From Candidatus Multivorans sp. (GTDB lineage: Bacteria > Acidobacteriota > Thermoanaerobaculia > Multivoradales > Multivoraceae), in assembly GCA_965262355.1 (NCBI GenBank), contig OZ253534.1, positions 3,343,468-3,407,467 on the forward strand: 64,000 nucleotides of DNA. Direction: 5' to 3'. The notes below the pieces were generated by a model, which saw only the letters and a program-made list of their open reading frames with translations, was not told the origin of the DNA and did not search any database. Each line of letters starts with the position of its first letter. The first letter of the stretch is position 1. Of the stretch, positions 1 through 10,082 are shown piece after piece. Made by a program: the position numbers and the translations under genes.

Positions 1-1303
1 TGACCTGCCACAGGCACGTGATGCCCGGCTTCATCGACAGGCGCCGCCGCTGCCGCCTCGTGTACGGTTCCTTTTCCTCGAGAGGCCTGGGGCCGACCAG
101 GCTCATGTCGCCGCGCACGACGTTCCAGAACTGCGGGAGTTCGTCCAGGCTGAACTTGCGCAGGTAGTGCCCGAGGGGCGTGATCCGGGGATCGCGGTCC
201 ATCTTGAACGCCGGACCGCCCATCGTGTTCAGGTGCTTCAACGCGGCTTGCCTGGCGTCGGCGTCCGCGACCATGGTGCGGAGTTTGTACATGGTGAAGC
301 GGCGGCCGTTCAGACCGCAGCGCGTTTGCCGGTAGAGCACGGAGCCGGACGAAGTGACCTTGATCAGGAGCGCCAGCACGAGCATCACGGGCAGGCTGAT
401 CGCCAGCAGGACGACGCCGATGCAGATGTCGTAGAAGCGCTTGAACAGCAGCAGGGGAACGCTGGACGGCGCCGGTGACAGAGTGACAACGGGCCGGCCG
501 GCAAACGAGTCGAGTTGGACCTTGCTGTGGGCCGGCGGCAGCAGGTCGAGCGCGATGCGGGTCTGGATGCCCTGTTCCTGCAGCGCCTCGAAGATCTTCT
601 GCAGGGCGGGCAGCTCGTTGGGCGTGACGGCAAAGAACACGTCGTCGATCACGTGCTCGGAAACGACCCGCAGGATGTCGTCGATGCCGCCCCAGACCGG
701 TTGCGGGGTCTCGGCGGGCCTGCTCCCGTCCGTGTGGATCAGGCCGACGATCTTGAGGCCCCAGTAGGAGTGGTCCTCGATCGACTCGGCGAGTTTCCGG
801 GCCGCTTCCGGGGTGCCGGCGATGAGCACGGCTCGCTGGTTGAGACCGTGCTGCCGCAGGTCGCGCGAGACGATGCGCAGCGCGATTTTCTCGGCCAGCA
901 GCAGCAGGCAGGAAAGGCCGGTGAAGAGAAGCAGCCAGGTCCGGCTGAGGCTGTCCTGGAGCAGGAGTTGGTCGAGTCGGAGGACGAAGACCGCGAACAG
1001 GATCAGAAACGTGGCAACTGCCGACACCTTGAGGATCGCCGTTGCCTCGGTCCTCAGATCGGCCGTGCGATGGGAGCGGTAGCGCCGGGTGGCGATCAGG
1101 GGCGCCATCCAGGTCAGAAGCGCCAGCGGCAGCAGAGGAAGATGGTCGCCCAGTGGATAGAGCGGCCGGGGGAAGAGGTCCGGCAGCACCTGGGGGAAGA
1201 GCTCGCTGCGGATCGCGTGGGCGAGAAAGAACGCCGCTGCAACCAGCGAGAGGTCGAGGGCGAAGACCAGGGCGGCTTGCAGTCGAATGCGCTGTTGCAA
1301 CAT
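1..1303 (-). CDS. Polyprenyl-phosphate sugar phosphotransferase (WcaJ/WbaP-type priming glycosyltransferase), 3' end outside window
   Basis: Hand translation from ATG 1303 (MLQQRIRLQAALVFALD...): N-terminal TM helices, then KRFYD, YRQTRCGLNGRRFTMYKLRTM, DPRITPLGHYLRKFSLDELPQFWNVVRGDMSLVGPRP and KPGITCLWQV, the Bac_transf motifs. Absent from the ORF track because it runs off the window. Confidence 0.93.
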   Translation of the reverse strand, partial: MLQQRIRLQAALVFALDLSLVAAAFFLAHAIRSELFPQVLPDLFPRPLYPLGDHLPLLPLALLTWMAPLIATRRYRSHRTADLRTEATAILKVSAVATFLILFAVFVLRLDQLLLQDSLSRTWLLLFTGLSCLLLLAEKIALRIVSRDLRQHGLNQRAVLIAGTPEAARKLAESIEDHSYWGLKIVGLIHTDGSRPAETPQPVWGGIDDILRVVSEHVIDDVFFAVTPNELPALQKIFEALQEQGIQTRIALDLLPPAHSKVQLDSFAGRPVVTLSPAPSSVPLLLFKRFYDICIGVVLLAISLPVMLVLALLIKVTSSGSVLYRQTRCGLNGRRFTMYKLRTMVADADARQAALKHLNTMGGPAFKMDRDPRITPLGHYLRKFSLDELPQFWNVVRGDMSLVGPRPLEEKEPYTRRQRRRLSMKPGITCLWQV

Positions 1304-1405
1304 GGGTTGGGGCCCGAAGCACTACCAGTTGGGGAGTCTATCCGCCCCCTGCTCTTGACCGGGAAGGCGAGCATCCTGCCCGCTTCGGCCCGGCGCCTCG
1401 CCCCC

Positions 1406-3721
1406 TCAGCGCCTTTCGCAGAGCCGCCCGAACAGCTCCTCGTACTCGTCCGTGACCCGGTCCCAGTTGAACTCGGACGCCGCGCGGCAGGCCGCTCGTT
1501 CGCCCATGAGACGCGTCCGCACCGGGTCGCCGGCGGCCTGCTCGAAGGCCGCGGTGAGCGAGGCCTGATCCTGGACGTCGAAGTAGATGGCGGCCTCGGC
1601 GGCCGTTTCGCGGTTGGCTGGTTCGTCGTTGACCAGTACGCAGTTGCCGTAACCCATCGCCTCGACGAGCGCCGGATGGGTGCCGCCGACTTCGGTGGCG
1701 TGCACGGTCGCGAGCGCGGACGAAAGCAGGCCGCGGTAGCGGTCGCCGTACACGGCGCCTGGGAAGAGCACCCGCGGGTCGGCGGTCCCCTTCATCCCGG
1801 CGATGAAGTCCGAGGCGTAGGGCGCGTCGCCGACCATGACCAGGGGCAGGTCACCGCCTACCCGGGCGTAGGCCGCGACCACGCGGTGCGGGTTGTTCTC
1901 CGGCTCGAAGCGGCTGACGTAGAGAAAGTAGCGCCGGGGTTCGAGTCCCAGCTCGTTCAGGACGGAGTGAGAGACGATGGGTTGGGGCTCGACGCCGTAA
2001 CGGATCATCGTCGTGCTGCGGCCGTACCGGTCGCGGTAGTGGTCGGCGATGACTTCCGCGTCGCTGACTGTCGTGCCCGGCAGCAGGCAGGCCAGGCGTT
2101 CGGAGAGCGCGTACACGAGGCGGCCGGGCCAGCCCCATTTCGCTCTTCGCTTCTCGATCCCGTCGACGTGCAGGGCGGTACGGATGCGCCGTGGCCAGAG
2201 CAGCGGCAGGAAAAGCGCGTTCGCGCCGTTGACGACCAGTGCGGCGCGGGCGCCGCGGGCGAAGAGAGCCGCGTGGAGGCAGGAGAGCAGGGTGTGAACG
2301 GGGGTGTCCCCGTACTTCGTGCGCAGCGTCGGCAGGACGACCAGGTCGACGCCGCGGTGCGAGCGGCGCCGCCGGTCGACGTAGTGGGACCGGCAGTAGA
2401 CGGTGACCGGCCAACCGCGTTCCGCGAGGCGCGGCGCCAGCGCCTCGATCATCGTCTCGTAGCCGCTGTAGGCAGCGGGAATGCCGCGGCTGCCGAGGAT
2501 CAGAATCCTTGGCCGCTCAGGGTAGAGCGGCAGGGAAGCCCGCCCGAACCACCGTGCCGTCGAGTGCTTCGGCACGCGGCGGCGGGCGCGGACCAGGCGA
2601 CGCCGCTCGAGGATGCGACGCCGGTTGCGCCATAGCCAGGCGTAGGCGGCCAGCGACGAGGGCTCGCGCAGCAGCACGTAGGCGAGGATGCCGAGTTCCC
2701 GGATCGAGGTCGCGGCCAGCGTGCGTGGGGCGTCGGCCAGGCTGCGGTGGTAGAGCTGCAGCAGGTAGCGGTTCTTGAGCGAGTGGAAGTTGATGTCCCT
2801 GGACATCTGGCGCCGTCGCCGGGGCAGGTTGACCCGGCCGTGCACCGCGCGGGCCCGGGGCTCATAGAGCACCTCCCAGCCCCGTTCCCGCAGCCGGAAG
2901 CAGAGTTCCGCGTCCTCGCGGTAGGAGTGGAAGTCGTCGTCGAGGACCCGGCCCGCGACCGCCGCGTCGCGCAGCGCGGCGCTCAGGAACAGGGTGGCGG
3001 CGCCGCTGCCCCCGAACACCCGCTCCGTTACCGGATACTGGCCGCGATCGACCTGGTCGGCGCCGCGGTCCTCGTGGCGCCAACTCCGGGTCAGGCGCAT
3101 GCCGCAGGCGTCGACATGAGGCGGTGCGTCCCCGTTCGGGGCATCGTCGCGAAGCAGGCGACCGGTGACCGCGCCTACAGGTCGTTCGCTGCTCGTGAAC
3201 CGTTCCAGGCTCTCGATCAGGCGCAGCGCATAGTCGGGGGCCACCCAGGCGTCGGCGTTCAGGCTCAGCAGGTAGGTCGGTGGCCCGCCAGTCTCGGCGC
3301 CGTTGCCGAAGGCGGTCTGAAGCGCCCGGTTCAGGCCGCCTGCGAAGCCGGTGTTCTCGTCCAGCGCGATCAGCTCGACCGGGAAGGGCGCCGACTCCGC
3401 ACCCTCTCGAAGGCGCTCGAGGGTGGCGTCCGTACTGGCATTGTCGACCACGATGAGCCGGAATGGCGGGCCCTCGAGGGACGCCAGCGCGTCGAAGAAA
3501 CGGGGCAGGTTGGCCGCGTCGTTCCAGGTGACCGTGCAGATCGCAAGGTCCGGCGCGTCTCGCCCGCCCCTGGGCACGCGGGCGTCCCGCCCGCCCCTGG
3601 GCACGCGGGCGTCCCGCCCGCCCCTGGGCACGCGGGCGTCCCGCCCGCCCCTGGGCACGCGGGCGTCCCGCCCGCCCCTGGGCACGCGGGCGTCCCGCCC
3701 GCATCCGGCGCCGGCCTTCAT
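1406..3721 (-). CDS. Fused GT2 + GT4 (DUF1972-type N-terminus) glycosyltransferase with a repeat-derived N-terminal extension
   Basis: Part of ORF 1406..4939. ATG 3721 overlaps the upstream stop (ATGA). GT2 motifs: VVDNASTD, NTGFAGGLN, YREDAELC. GT4 motifs: ILGSRGIPAAYSGYET, VSRFEPENN, GGTHPALVEAM. Confidence 0.85.
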   Translation of the reverse strand: MKAGAGCGRDARVPRGGRDARVPRGGRDARVPRGGRDARVPRGGRDARVPRGGRDAPDLAICTVTWNDAANLPRFFDALASLEGPPFRLIVVDNASTDATLERLREGAESAPFPVELIALDENTGFAGGLNRALQTAFGNGAETGGPPTYLLSLNADAWVAPDYALRLIESLERFTSSERPVGAVTGRLLRDDAPNGDAPPHVDACGMRLTRSWRHEDRGADQVDRGQYPVTERVFGGSGAATLFLSAALRDAAVAGRVLDDDFHSYREDAELCFRLRERGWEVLYEPRARAVHGRVNLPRRRRQMSRDINFHSLKNRYLLQLYHRSLADAPRTLAATSIRELGILAYVLLREPSSLAAYAWLWRNRRRILERRRLVRARRRVPKHSTARWFGRASLPLYPERPRILILGSRGIPAAYSGYETMIEALAPRLAERGWPVTVYCRSHYVDRRRRSHRGVDLVVLPTLRTKYGDTPVHTLLSCLHAALFARGARAALVVNGANALFLPLLWPRRIRTALHVDGIEKRRAKWGWPGRLVYALSERLACLLPGTTVSDAEVIADHYRDRYGRSTTMIRYGVEPQPIVSHSVLNELGLEPRRYFLYVSRFEPENNPHRVVAAYARVGGDLPLVMVGDAPYASDFIAGMKGTADPRVLFPGAVYGDRYRGLLSSALATVHATEVGGTHPALVEAMGYGNCVLVNDEPANRETAAEAAIYFDVQDQASLTAAFEQAAGDPVRTRLMGERAACRAASEFNWDRVTDEYEELFGRLCERR
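3555..3713. repeat. Tandem array of a 27-bp palindromic (REP-like) unit, 5 full copies plus a partial copy, inside the coding sequence
   Basis: Unit CCTGGGCACGCGGGCGTCCCGCCCGCC starts at 3569, 3596, 3623, 3650 and 3677; partial copy at 3555-3568. Encodes (GGRDARVPR)n on the minus strand. Confidence 0.97.
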
Positions 3722-4623
3722 GGGCGCCTCCAACCGGAAGCCGCCGCCGCGGCCAGGTGGCTTAAGCTCACCAGTGCCTCGCGGCGGCTCCGCGCGCGGC
3801 GGGGCCGGCGAAACGGCAGCAGAGCGATGCGGAGCAGAGCGGCGACGACCAGCATGAGATTCAGCACGAGGGCGGCGCCGCGGCTGTGATGCTTGCGAGC
3901 GTATCGGTCCAGGTTGCGGTAGTAGGCGAGCAGGAAGGGGCCGTACCCGAGGCGAGGTACGGAGGCGCCGAGGCCATGCAGGAAGGCGGCGTCCGGCCAG
4001 TACCGGATCGTCTCGCCCAGGTCGCGGAGCCGCCGGGCGAGGTCGACGTCCTCGAACCAGGCGGGCCAGAACTCCTCGTCCATGCCCCCGGCGGCATCGA
4101 AGGCGTCGCGTCGGAGCAGCAGCGCGCAGGCCGCCGGCTGCTCGACGGGCGATCCGGCCGCCGGCGCCGGAATGGCTCTGGGCTCCACGAAGCAGCAGTA
4201 GCCGAGCAGCGTGCCCAGGCCGGGCAGCCTGCGCAGTTGCCAACCGGCCTGGGAAGCGCCGTCTGAGTCCACCAACCGGGGCGCCAGGCCGCCTGCTTCC
4301 GGATGCTCTTCCATGCCCCGAACCAGGGATTCGAGCGCCCCGGATTCGGGCCTGGCGTCGGTGTTCAGGATCAGCAGCAGGCGTCCCCCGGCATCGGCCG
4401 TACCGCGGTTGACCGCCGCCGCGAAGCCCAGGTTGCGGCCCGGTTCGAGGACGAGGACGTTCGGCCGGCCCGCTGCCAACTCGCTCAGGTTCCCACCCGA
4501 GCCGTTGTCGACCACGATCAGTTCGAAGCGTTCGTCGCGGGGCCAGCTCTTGGTGAGGAGCGCGAGGTTGTCCTCGTCGTGCCAGTGCGGCGCCACCGCG
4601 GACAGAATCGGAGTGCCGGTCAT
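3718..4623 (-). CDS. Glycosyltransferase family 2
   Basis: VVDNGSG, NLGFAAAVNRG, LILNTD, WFEDVDL. ATG 4623 overlaps the upstream stop (ATGA). Confidence 0.9.
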   Translation of the reverse strand: MTGTPILSAVAPHWHDEDNLALLTKSWPRDERFELIVVDNGSGGNLSELAAGRPNVLVLEPGRNLGFAAAVNRGTADAGGRLLLILNTDARPESGALESLVRGMEEHPEAGGLAPRLVDSDGASQAGWQLRRLPGLGTLLGYCCFVEPRAIPAPAAGSPVEQPAACALLLRRDAFDAAGGMDEEFWPAWFEDVDLARRLRDLGETIRYWPDAAFLHGLGASVPRLGYGPFLLAYYRNLDRYARKHHSRGAALVLNLMLVVAALLRIALLPFRRPRRARSRREALVSLSHLAAAAASGWRRP

Positions 4624-5735
4624 CGGCTGCTTTCGTCGTCGCGCCCGGGCGCCGGCCGCGAGAGTGCGCTGCCGAAACCGGCGAAGCGCGGCAGGAGCCG
4701 GACCGCGCGGCACCAGGCGAACAGGAGATCCACAGGTCGCGGGCGTCGTGGATCGCCCGGCAGGGTATCGGCCTTCCGGCCCCGGAGCATGTCGACCGCA
4801 TCCCGGACCAGGAGTCCCGGCAGCCGCGGCCAGAAACTCCGGCCGAGCCGCGCCGCCAGAACCAGCAGACGGTTGCAGTAGATCCGGCGGACGCGCCGCC
4901 GGGCGGCGCGGCGGCCCTGGCTCGACAGCGCGCCGGCATGTTCGATGCGCGCCGCCGGCGCCAGCACCGCCTCGTAGGATGCCCGGCGCAGCCGGTCGGC
5001 GAGTTCGACGTCCTCGTAGTAGCTCTCCAGCCGCTCGTTGAAGGGCCGGAGCGGCCGGCCAGCGGGGCTCACGGCGACCAGCGCGTCGCGGCGGTAGATC
5101 GCGGCGGTCGCCGACACGCCGTACACGGGTCTTGGCGCCCCGCCGGGCGGCGGTGCGGATTCGCCGCGGTCGACCTGGACCGCCTGCCAGCGGCGATTCC
5201 AGGCCAGACCGGCGCCATCGATCCGTACGTCATCGTCGTCGCCGGCCGGAAGCAGGTTGATCCCCTGCGCCGCCGCGATCCGGGAGTTGGGGGAGGGCTT
5301 CGGGTCGGCCCCGGCGCATGCGCCGAGCGACTCCAGCAACGCCCGGGTCCAGCCGGGCGCCAGCACGGCATCGTCGTTCACCAGGGCGATCCACCGGCCG
5401 ACGCTGGCGGCGATGCCGGCGTTGGCGGCGCGGGCGAACCCCGCCGGCCGAGGTAGTTGCACGATCCGTGGCGCCCGCCGGAAGGCGACGGGATGATCGG
5501 CCGCGAGTTGCCTGGCCAGTACCCGGAGCGCGGCCGGACCTCCGGTTCGTTCCTCCCGGTCTTGCGCCAGGTCGCGGGCGGAAGCACCCGGGTGCTGCCA
5601 GACGACGATGAGTTCGGCCGGCGCGGTCGTCTCCGACGCGTCCCGGTAGATGGACTCGAGGCATCCCGCGACGTGCTTGGGCACGCCGACCGTTGGAACG
5701 ACGTAGGAGAGTGCCGGCGCCTGTGCGGGGATCAA
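4620..5735 (-). CDS. Glycosyltransferase family 2
   Basis: C-terminal part of ORF 4620..6380: GFARAANAGI, LVNDDA, YYEDVEL. Likely start TTG 5735 overlaps the upstream stop (TTGA). Confidence 0.85.
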   Translation of the reverse strand: MIPAQAPALSYVVPTVGVPKHVAGCLESIYRDASETTAPAELIVVWQHPGASARDLAQDREERTGGPAALRVLARQLAADHPVAFRRAPRIVQLPRPAGFARAANAGIAASVGRWIALVNDDAVLAPGWTRALLESLGACAGADPKPSPNSRIAAAQGINLLPAGDDDDVRIDGAGLAWNRRWQAVQVDRGESAPPPGGAPRPVYGVSATAAIYRRDALVAVSPAGRPLRPFNERLESYYEDVELADRLRRASYEAVLAPAARIEHAGALSSQGRRAARRRVRRIYCNRLLVLAARLGRSFWPRLPGLLVRDAVDMLRGRKADTLPGDPRRPRPVDLLFAWCRAVRLLPRFAGFGSALSRPAPGRDDESSR

Positions 5736-7591
5736 GGTCCGGCAGTCCGGCCGATGTGGAGAGCGTGGAAGAGGATCACCTCGACCTCCGCGGGGAGGTC
5801 GGGATCGCGGACGATGACCAGGTTGCCGAGGCCGCACAGCGGAGCGAGATCGAACTCGGCACGGTAGCGGGTGCCGAAGAAGGGACCGTCGGCGCCGGTC
5901 GCGACCCAGTGGAGCCAGGGCGCCCGGCCGGCGGCGGCGCTGCTTTGGCGGGCGGACCACTCGCCGGTGTGAGCGCCGTGTTGCAGGTCGAGGGAGTTCT
6001 CGGTCCGTTCGGCGCCGATGCGGGCCAGCGTTCGACCCGCGGCAAGGCCGCCGCCGTGGGCGACCGCCGTATCGAGCACCAGGGTTCCGCACCCGGCCGC
6101 CCCGGCTGCCCATCGCGGCTGGTCCGGGGTCAGCACCTGCCTTGGCGAGCTGAGCAGCGTCTGCCGCGGCAGGAACGCTCCCCAGGCGCCGAGAGCGGCC
6201 GCCGTCAGCACCACGACGCCGACCGCCAGCACGATGGCCCGGGGCGCGGGCGCCCTCCGCACGAGCGCGCCGACGCCGCGCCCGATCAGGATCAGGACGA
6301 TCAGTCCAAGCCAGCGGTCGAATGCGGTATCGAGTCCGAGCGCGCTCAGTCGATCGTCGAGATGGGCGGCCCTGAGCCACGGATAGGTGGCCGAAAGCGT
6401 GGCGAAAACGAGCAGACTGCCTTGCCAGCAGAACCCGAATACGGCGGCATCGCCGCGCAGGCCGATACCCTGCCAGGGACCGGCCGGAGGCGGATCATCG
6501 GTGGACGCGGCGCTCGGCCGCCCCGCGCTCAGCAGGGTCCACAGGGCGATACCCGCCAGCAGGGCCTGCGGGGACGGCAGGAAGCGCAGCCCGGCCAGCG
6601 AAAGCAGAACCGCCGCCGCCACCGTGTGCAGGTTGCCTCGACCAACCAGGTTGGGCGCGGCAAGGAGAACCAGGGGCAATCCGGTGAGCGCCAACGGCCA
6701 GGGCGCCGCCGCCGCGGGCGGCAGCCCGAGGGCCAGGGCGCTGGCCAGAACGAGGACGATGGCGAAGGCGAACCGGCGCCAGACCACGGCGGCGGCCATT
6801 GCGGCGAGCAGAACCCCGAACGCCGGCTCGCGGACGAGAACGAGCCCCAGGATCAGCGTCAAGGTGAGCCCCAGCGCTGCCGCCGCCACGGACCAACGCT
6901 CTTCGAGGGCGCGAGCGGCCGCGTCGGCAAGCGCCGCGGCGGCGAGCACCAGGACGACATTCGAGCGCACGCCGCCCGCGGCCAGGATCAGGGCGGCTGT
7001 TCCCGCCAGGGCCGGAGCGCCCAGGCGGGCGAACAGGCCGGTCAGAAGGACCGCTGCCGCGGCGGGAATGGCGACGAGTACGACCAGCAGCCGCAGCGCT
7101 GAGCCGTCGAGCAGGTCGCCCTGCCGCAGCAGCAGGTTGAGTCCGATCAGCGCCGACAGCAGGGTGCCGCCGAGGCGTATCAAACGTGCCGGTTCCAAGG
7201 AGCCGGGCGGCGCCAGCAGATCGGCACGGCGGGCGAGCAGACTGTCCACGAGAAGCGCCGCGGGACCCAGGCAGAGCAGGGCGCCCACCGCCGTCGCGCG
7301 GCCCGGACCGTGGGCGGGGACGGCCGCGAACGCCACCACGGTCAGTACCGGCAGCGCCAGCGCTGCCGGGCTCAGCGGGCGACGCGCGGCGCCCGCGGCG
7401 GCGATCAGGACCGCCGTTGCGGCGAAGGCGAGGTAGCGTCCTTCAGCCGCCGCCTCCGCGTCGCGCTCGACCGCCGCCAGGGAGGCCATCGCCAACCCGG
7501 CCAGCAGAGGCGGCAGGGCGGCGATCCACGGCGGTGACGAAGACCCGGGAGAGGCCGGCGCGAAAGCGGATTCAGTCGTCAAGGGGGCCAT
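5732..7591 (-). CDS. Polytopic membrane protein, function unknown; first gene of the glycosyltransferase operon
   Basis: Many Leu/Ala-rich hydrophobic segments followed by a soluble C-terminal domain. Coupled to the downstream GT. Start could be 7591 or 7633. Confidence 0.7.
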   Translation of the reverse strand: MAPLTTESAFAPASPGSSSPPWIAALPPLLAGLAMASLAAVERDAEAAAEGRYLAFAATAVLIAAAGAARRPLSPAALALPVLTVVAFAAVPAHGPGRATAVGALLCLGPAALLVDSLLARRADLLAPPGSLEPARLIRLGGTLLSALIGLNLLLRQGDLLDGSALRLLVVLVAIPAAAAVLLTGLFARLGAPALAGTAALILAAGGVRSNVVLVLAAAALADAAARALEERWSVAAAALGLTLTLILGLVLVREPAFGVLLAAMAAAVVWRRFAFAIVLVLASALALGLPPAAAAPWPLALTGLPLVLLAAPNLVGRGNLHTVAAAVLLSLAGLRFLPSPQALLAGIALWTLLSAGRPSAASTDDPPPAGPWQGIGLRGDAAVFGFCWQGSLLVFATLSATYPWLRAAHLDDRLSALGLDTAFDRWLGLIVLILIGRGVGALVRRAPAPRAIVLAVGVVVLTAAALGAWGAFLPRQTLLSSPRQVLTPDQPRWAAGAAGCGTLVLDTAVAHGGGLAAGRTLARIGAERTENSLDLQHGAHTGEWSARQSSAAAGRAPWLHWVATGADGPFFGTRYRAEFDLAPLCGLGNLVIVRDPDLPAEVEVILFHALHIGRTAGP

Positions 7592-7631
7592 CCTTGCCGT
7601 TGCGGACAAACGTTGGAAGACTGCCACCGCC

Positions 7632-8924
7632 ATGTTGCCCCGAGAACTGCTCAGAAGCGAACCGCAGCGGGTTGCGGACGCCCTCGAAGCGCGCGGCGCC
7701 GATGCCGCACTGGTCGATCAATGGGTGACCTGCGACCGGCGCCGCCGTGAAGCGCTGGCCGAAGTCGAGGAACTCCGTCACCGTCGTCGGTTGGCTGGTC
7801 GCGAGATTGGCAAGCTCAAGGCTCAGGGCGAGACAAGGGAAGAGGACGCCGCGACACGCATTCTAGAGATGACGGAACTCAAGACCCGCATCGAGGGTCT
7901 GGAAGGCGTTGTGGCGCAGGCCGAAGAGGAGCTCGTCGAAACCGAGCTGAAGGTTCCGAACATCGCCCACGAAACGGTACCGGTCGGCCGCGACGAGTCG
8001 GCGAACCGCGTCGAGCGGGTGGTCGGCGACCTGCCCGAGTTCGACTTCGAGCCGAAGGCGCACTGGGACATCGGCCCGGAGCTGGGGATTCTCGACTTCG
8101 AGCGCGGCGCCAAGTTGGCTGGGGCCCGGTTCACCACCTACTTCGGCTGGGGGGCACGCCTGGAGCGGGCCCTCGGCGCCTTCATGCTCGACCTGCACAC
8201 CGAGGAGCATGGCTACACGGAGGTCCTGCCTCCCTACCTGGTCAAGCGCGAGTGCCTGTTCGGCAGCGGCCAACTGCCGAAGTTCGAGGACGAAGTGTTC
8301 CACGTCCAGCCCGGTTCGCGTTACCTGATCCCGACCGGCGAGGTGCCCCTGGTCAACCTGCACGCCGACGAAGTGCTCGACGAGGATCAGTTGCCCTTGC
8401 GCTACGCCGCGCTCACGCCCTGCTTCCGCGCCGAGGCCGGGTCCTACGGTCGGGACGTGCGCGGGCTCATCCGTCAGCACCAGTTCCACAAGGTCGAACT
8501 CGTGCAACTGACGACCCCCGAGGCCAGCCACGACACGTTGGAGCAGCTCACGGGTCACGCCGAACGCGTGCTGCAGCGACTGGAACTGCCCTACCGGGTG
8601 GTGTCTCTCTGCACCGGCGACCTGGGCTTCGCCATGGCCAAGACGTACGACCTGGAGGTGTGGGTTCCCGGCCAGCAGGCGTACCGGGAGATATCCTCCT
8701 GCAGCAACGCCGAGGCCTTCCAGGCGCGGCGCGTGCATACCCGCTTCCGTCCGCGCGGCGGCGGCTCCCTGCGCTACGTCCACACCCTGAACGGTTCGGG
8801 ACTGGCAGTCGGGCGGACCCTGATTGCCGTGCTGGAGAACTACCAGACGGCGTCGGGTTCGGTACGCATTCCAGCGGCGCTCCAGCCGTATGTCGGCGGG
8901 GCCGAGGAGATACCCGCAGCCTAG
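7632..8924 (+). CDS. serS: Seryl-tRNA synthetase
   Basis: N-terminal coiled coil; [55 protein letters not shown]. Confidence 0.98.
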   Translation: MLPRELLRSEPQRVADALEARGADAALVDQWVTCDRRRREALAEVEELRHRRRLAGREIGKLKAQGETREEDAATRILEMTELKTRIEGLEGVVAQAEEELVETELKVPNIAHETVPVGRDESANRVERVVGDLPEFDFEPKAHWDIGPELGILDFERGAKLAGARFTTYFGWGARLERALGAFMLDLHTEEHGYTEVLPPYLVKRECLFGSGQLPKFEDEVFHVQPGSRYLIPTGEVPLVNLHADEVLDEDQLPLRYAALTPCFRAEAGSYGRDVRGLIRQHQFHKVELVQLTTPEASHDTLEQLTGHAERVLQRLELPYRVVSLCTGDLGFAMAKTYDLEVWVPGQQAYREISSCSNAEAFQARRVHTRFRPRGGGSLRYVHTLNGSGLAVGRTLIAVLENYQTASGSVRIPAALQPYVGGAEEIPAA

Positions 8925-8946
8925 TTCTTGAGAGTTCTTCCGCCTC

Positions 8947-9036
8947 GGAGGGGTGGCTGAGTGGTCGAAAGCACCGGTCTTGAAAACCGGCGTGGATGAG
9001 AGTCCACCGTGGGTTCGAATCCCACCCCCTCCGCCA
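8947..9036 (+). tRNA. tRNA-Ser (anticodon TGA)
   Basis: Acceptor stem GGAGGGG/CCCCTCC, anticodon arm CCGGT-CTTGAAA-ACCGG, long variable arm, GTTCGAATC T-loop, encoded CCA. Confidence 0.97.
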
Positions 9037-9079
9037 TTTGTCACTCGCGGAGCGCTACGCTTGCGGAGAAGGGGTTGTC

Positions 9080-9991
9080 GTGAGTAGAAGACCGTCCGAT
9101 GCACGGAAGGCTGAGTTGCGGGCGGAGCTCGCCAACCTGGAGGAGATCGGCCTGGCGACGAAGCCGTCGTCCGGGGATCTTCCGAACCTGCGCGGTGTCG
9201 ACATCAACGGCGTCTCCGTGCCGCTGCGCCAGGCGATAGGCGGCGACCACGTGATCTACCTCGACTTCAAGCAGCGGTACGACCTGGACCGCCGCATCCG
9301 AGAGGCGGAGGCGGCCGGCAACGCGCGGGTCGTAGCGGGCCTTCGCCAGTCCCAGCAGCGCGCCGGCGTCCTGGTGGCCGACGTGTCGGGCCACAAGGCG
9401 ACGGATGCCCTGGTGGCGGCCATGCTCCATCAAGCGTTCCTGCTCGGGGCTTACTACGAACTCGACCTCTTCGGCGAGATCACGACCCGGCTCTTCGAGC
9501 ACATCAATCAGCGCTTCTACAAGTCGACCACGTTGAACAAGTACCTGACCATGCTCTACGGCGAGGTCTCGGAGCAGGGCAAGTTCCGCTTCTTCTCGGC
9601 CGGCCACCCGGCGCCCATGCTCTTCGCCGGCCGCCCGGGCCGCATCGAGCACCTCAGCGAGGACCAACTGGTCCGGTTCCCGCCGGTGGGAATGTTCGCG
9701 TCGAACGCCTACATGGACGAGCTGGTCGACCCTGGTCCCCTCGGCTACAAGCGCCCGTACGAGGTGAGCGAGGTCGACCTGCTCGAGGCCGGGGACCTGC
9801 TCCTGCTCTACACCGACGGCTTCGCCGAGCACGGCGGCGACCGCTACCTCGCTGAGCGGGCGGAGGGCGTTCTGGAGACGGTACGCAATCGGAGCGCGAA
9901 GGAGATCTGCGAGCACCTCAAGGAGGATCTGCTCGCCTTCGCTCCGCCTGAGGACGACATCAGCTTCGTGGTGATCAAGAAGACGGAGTAG
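9080..9991 (+). CDS. PP2C/SpoIIE (RsbU-like) protein serine phosphatase
   Basis: IGGD, VADVSGH, SAGHP, LLYTDG, DDISFVVIK metal-binding motifs. GTG 9080 chosen because upstream starts overlap the tRNA. Confidence 0.88.
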   Translation: MSRRPSDARKAELRAELANLEEIGLATKPSSGDLPNLRGVDINGVSVPLRQAIGGDHVIYLDFKQRYDLDRRIREAEAAGNARVVAGLRQSQQRAGVLVADVSGHKATDALVAAMLHQAFLLGAYYELDLFGEITTRLFEHINQRFYKSTTLNKYLTMLYGEVSEQGKFRFFSAGHPAPMLFAGRPGRIEHLSEDQLVRFPPVGMFASNAYMDELVDPGPLGYKRPYEVSEVDLLEAGDLLLLYTDGFAEHGGDRYLAERAEGVLETVRNRSAKEICEHLKEDLLAFAPPEDDISFVVIKKTE

Positions 9992-10082
9992 CGAGCCGAA
10001 CCACCAGACTGGGTGGGCCGGCGCACCCGGCGTTGCCATCCGGTATCGTAGAAGCTCACCTTCACAATCTGGAGGGTCGCCA

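Noticed and set aside
3555-3713. Possible CRISPR array
   Set aside because: The units are head-to-tail with no unique spacers and no cas genes are present; it is a tandem repeat.
3722-4939. N-terminal 400 aa of the 1177-aa ORF
   Set aside because: Arg/Pro-rich shadow frame overlapping real GT2 genes; the coupled ATG at 3721 is the better start.
8947-9036. tRNA-Ser as the integration site of an island
   Set aside because: I found no integrase and no duplicated tRNA 3' end by eye in this window.
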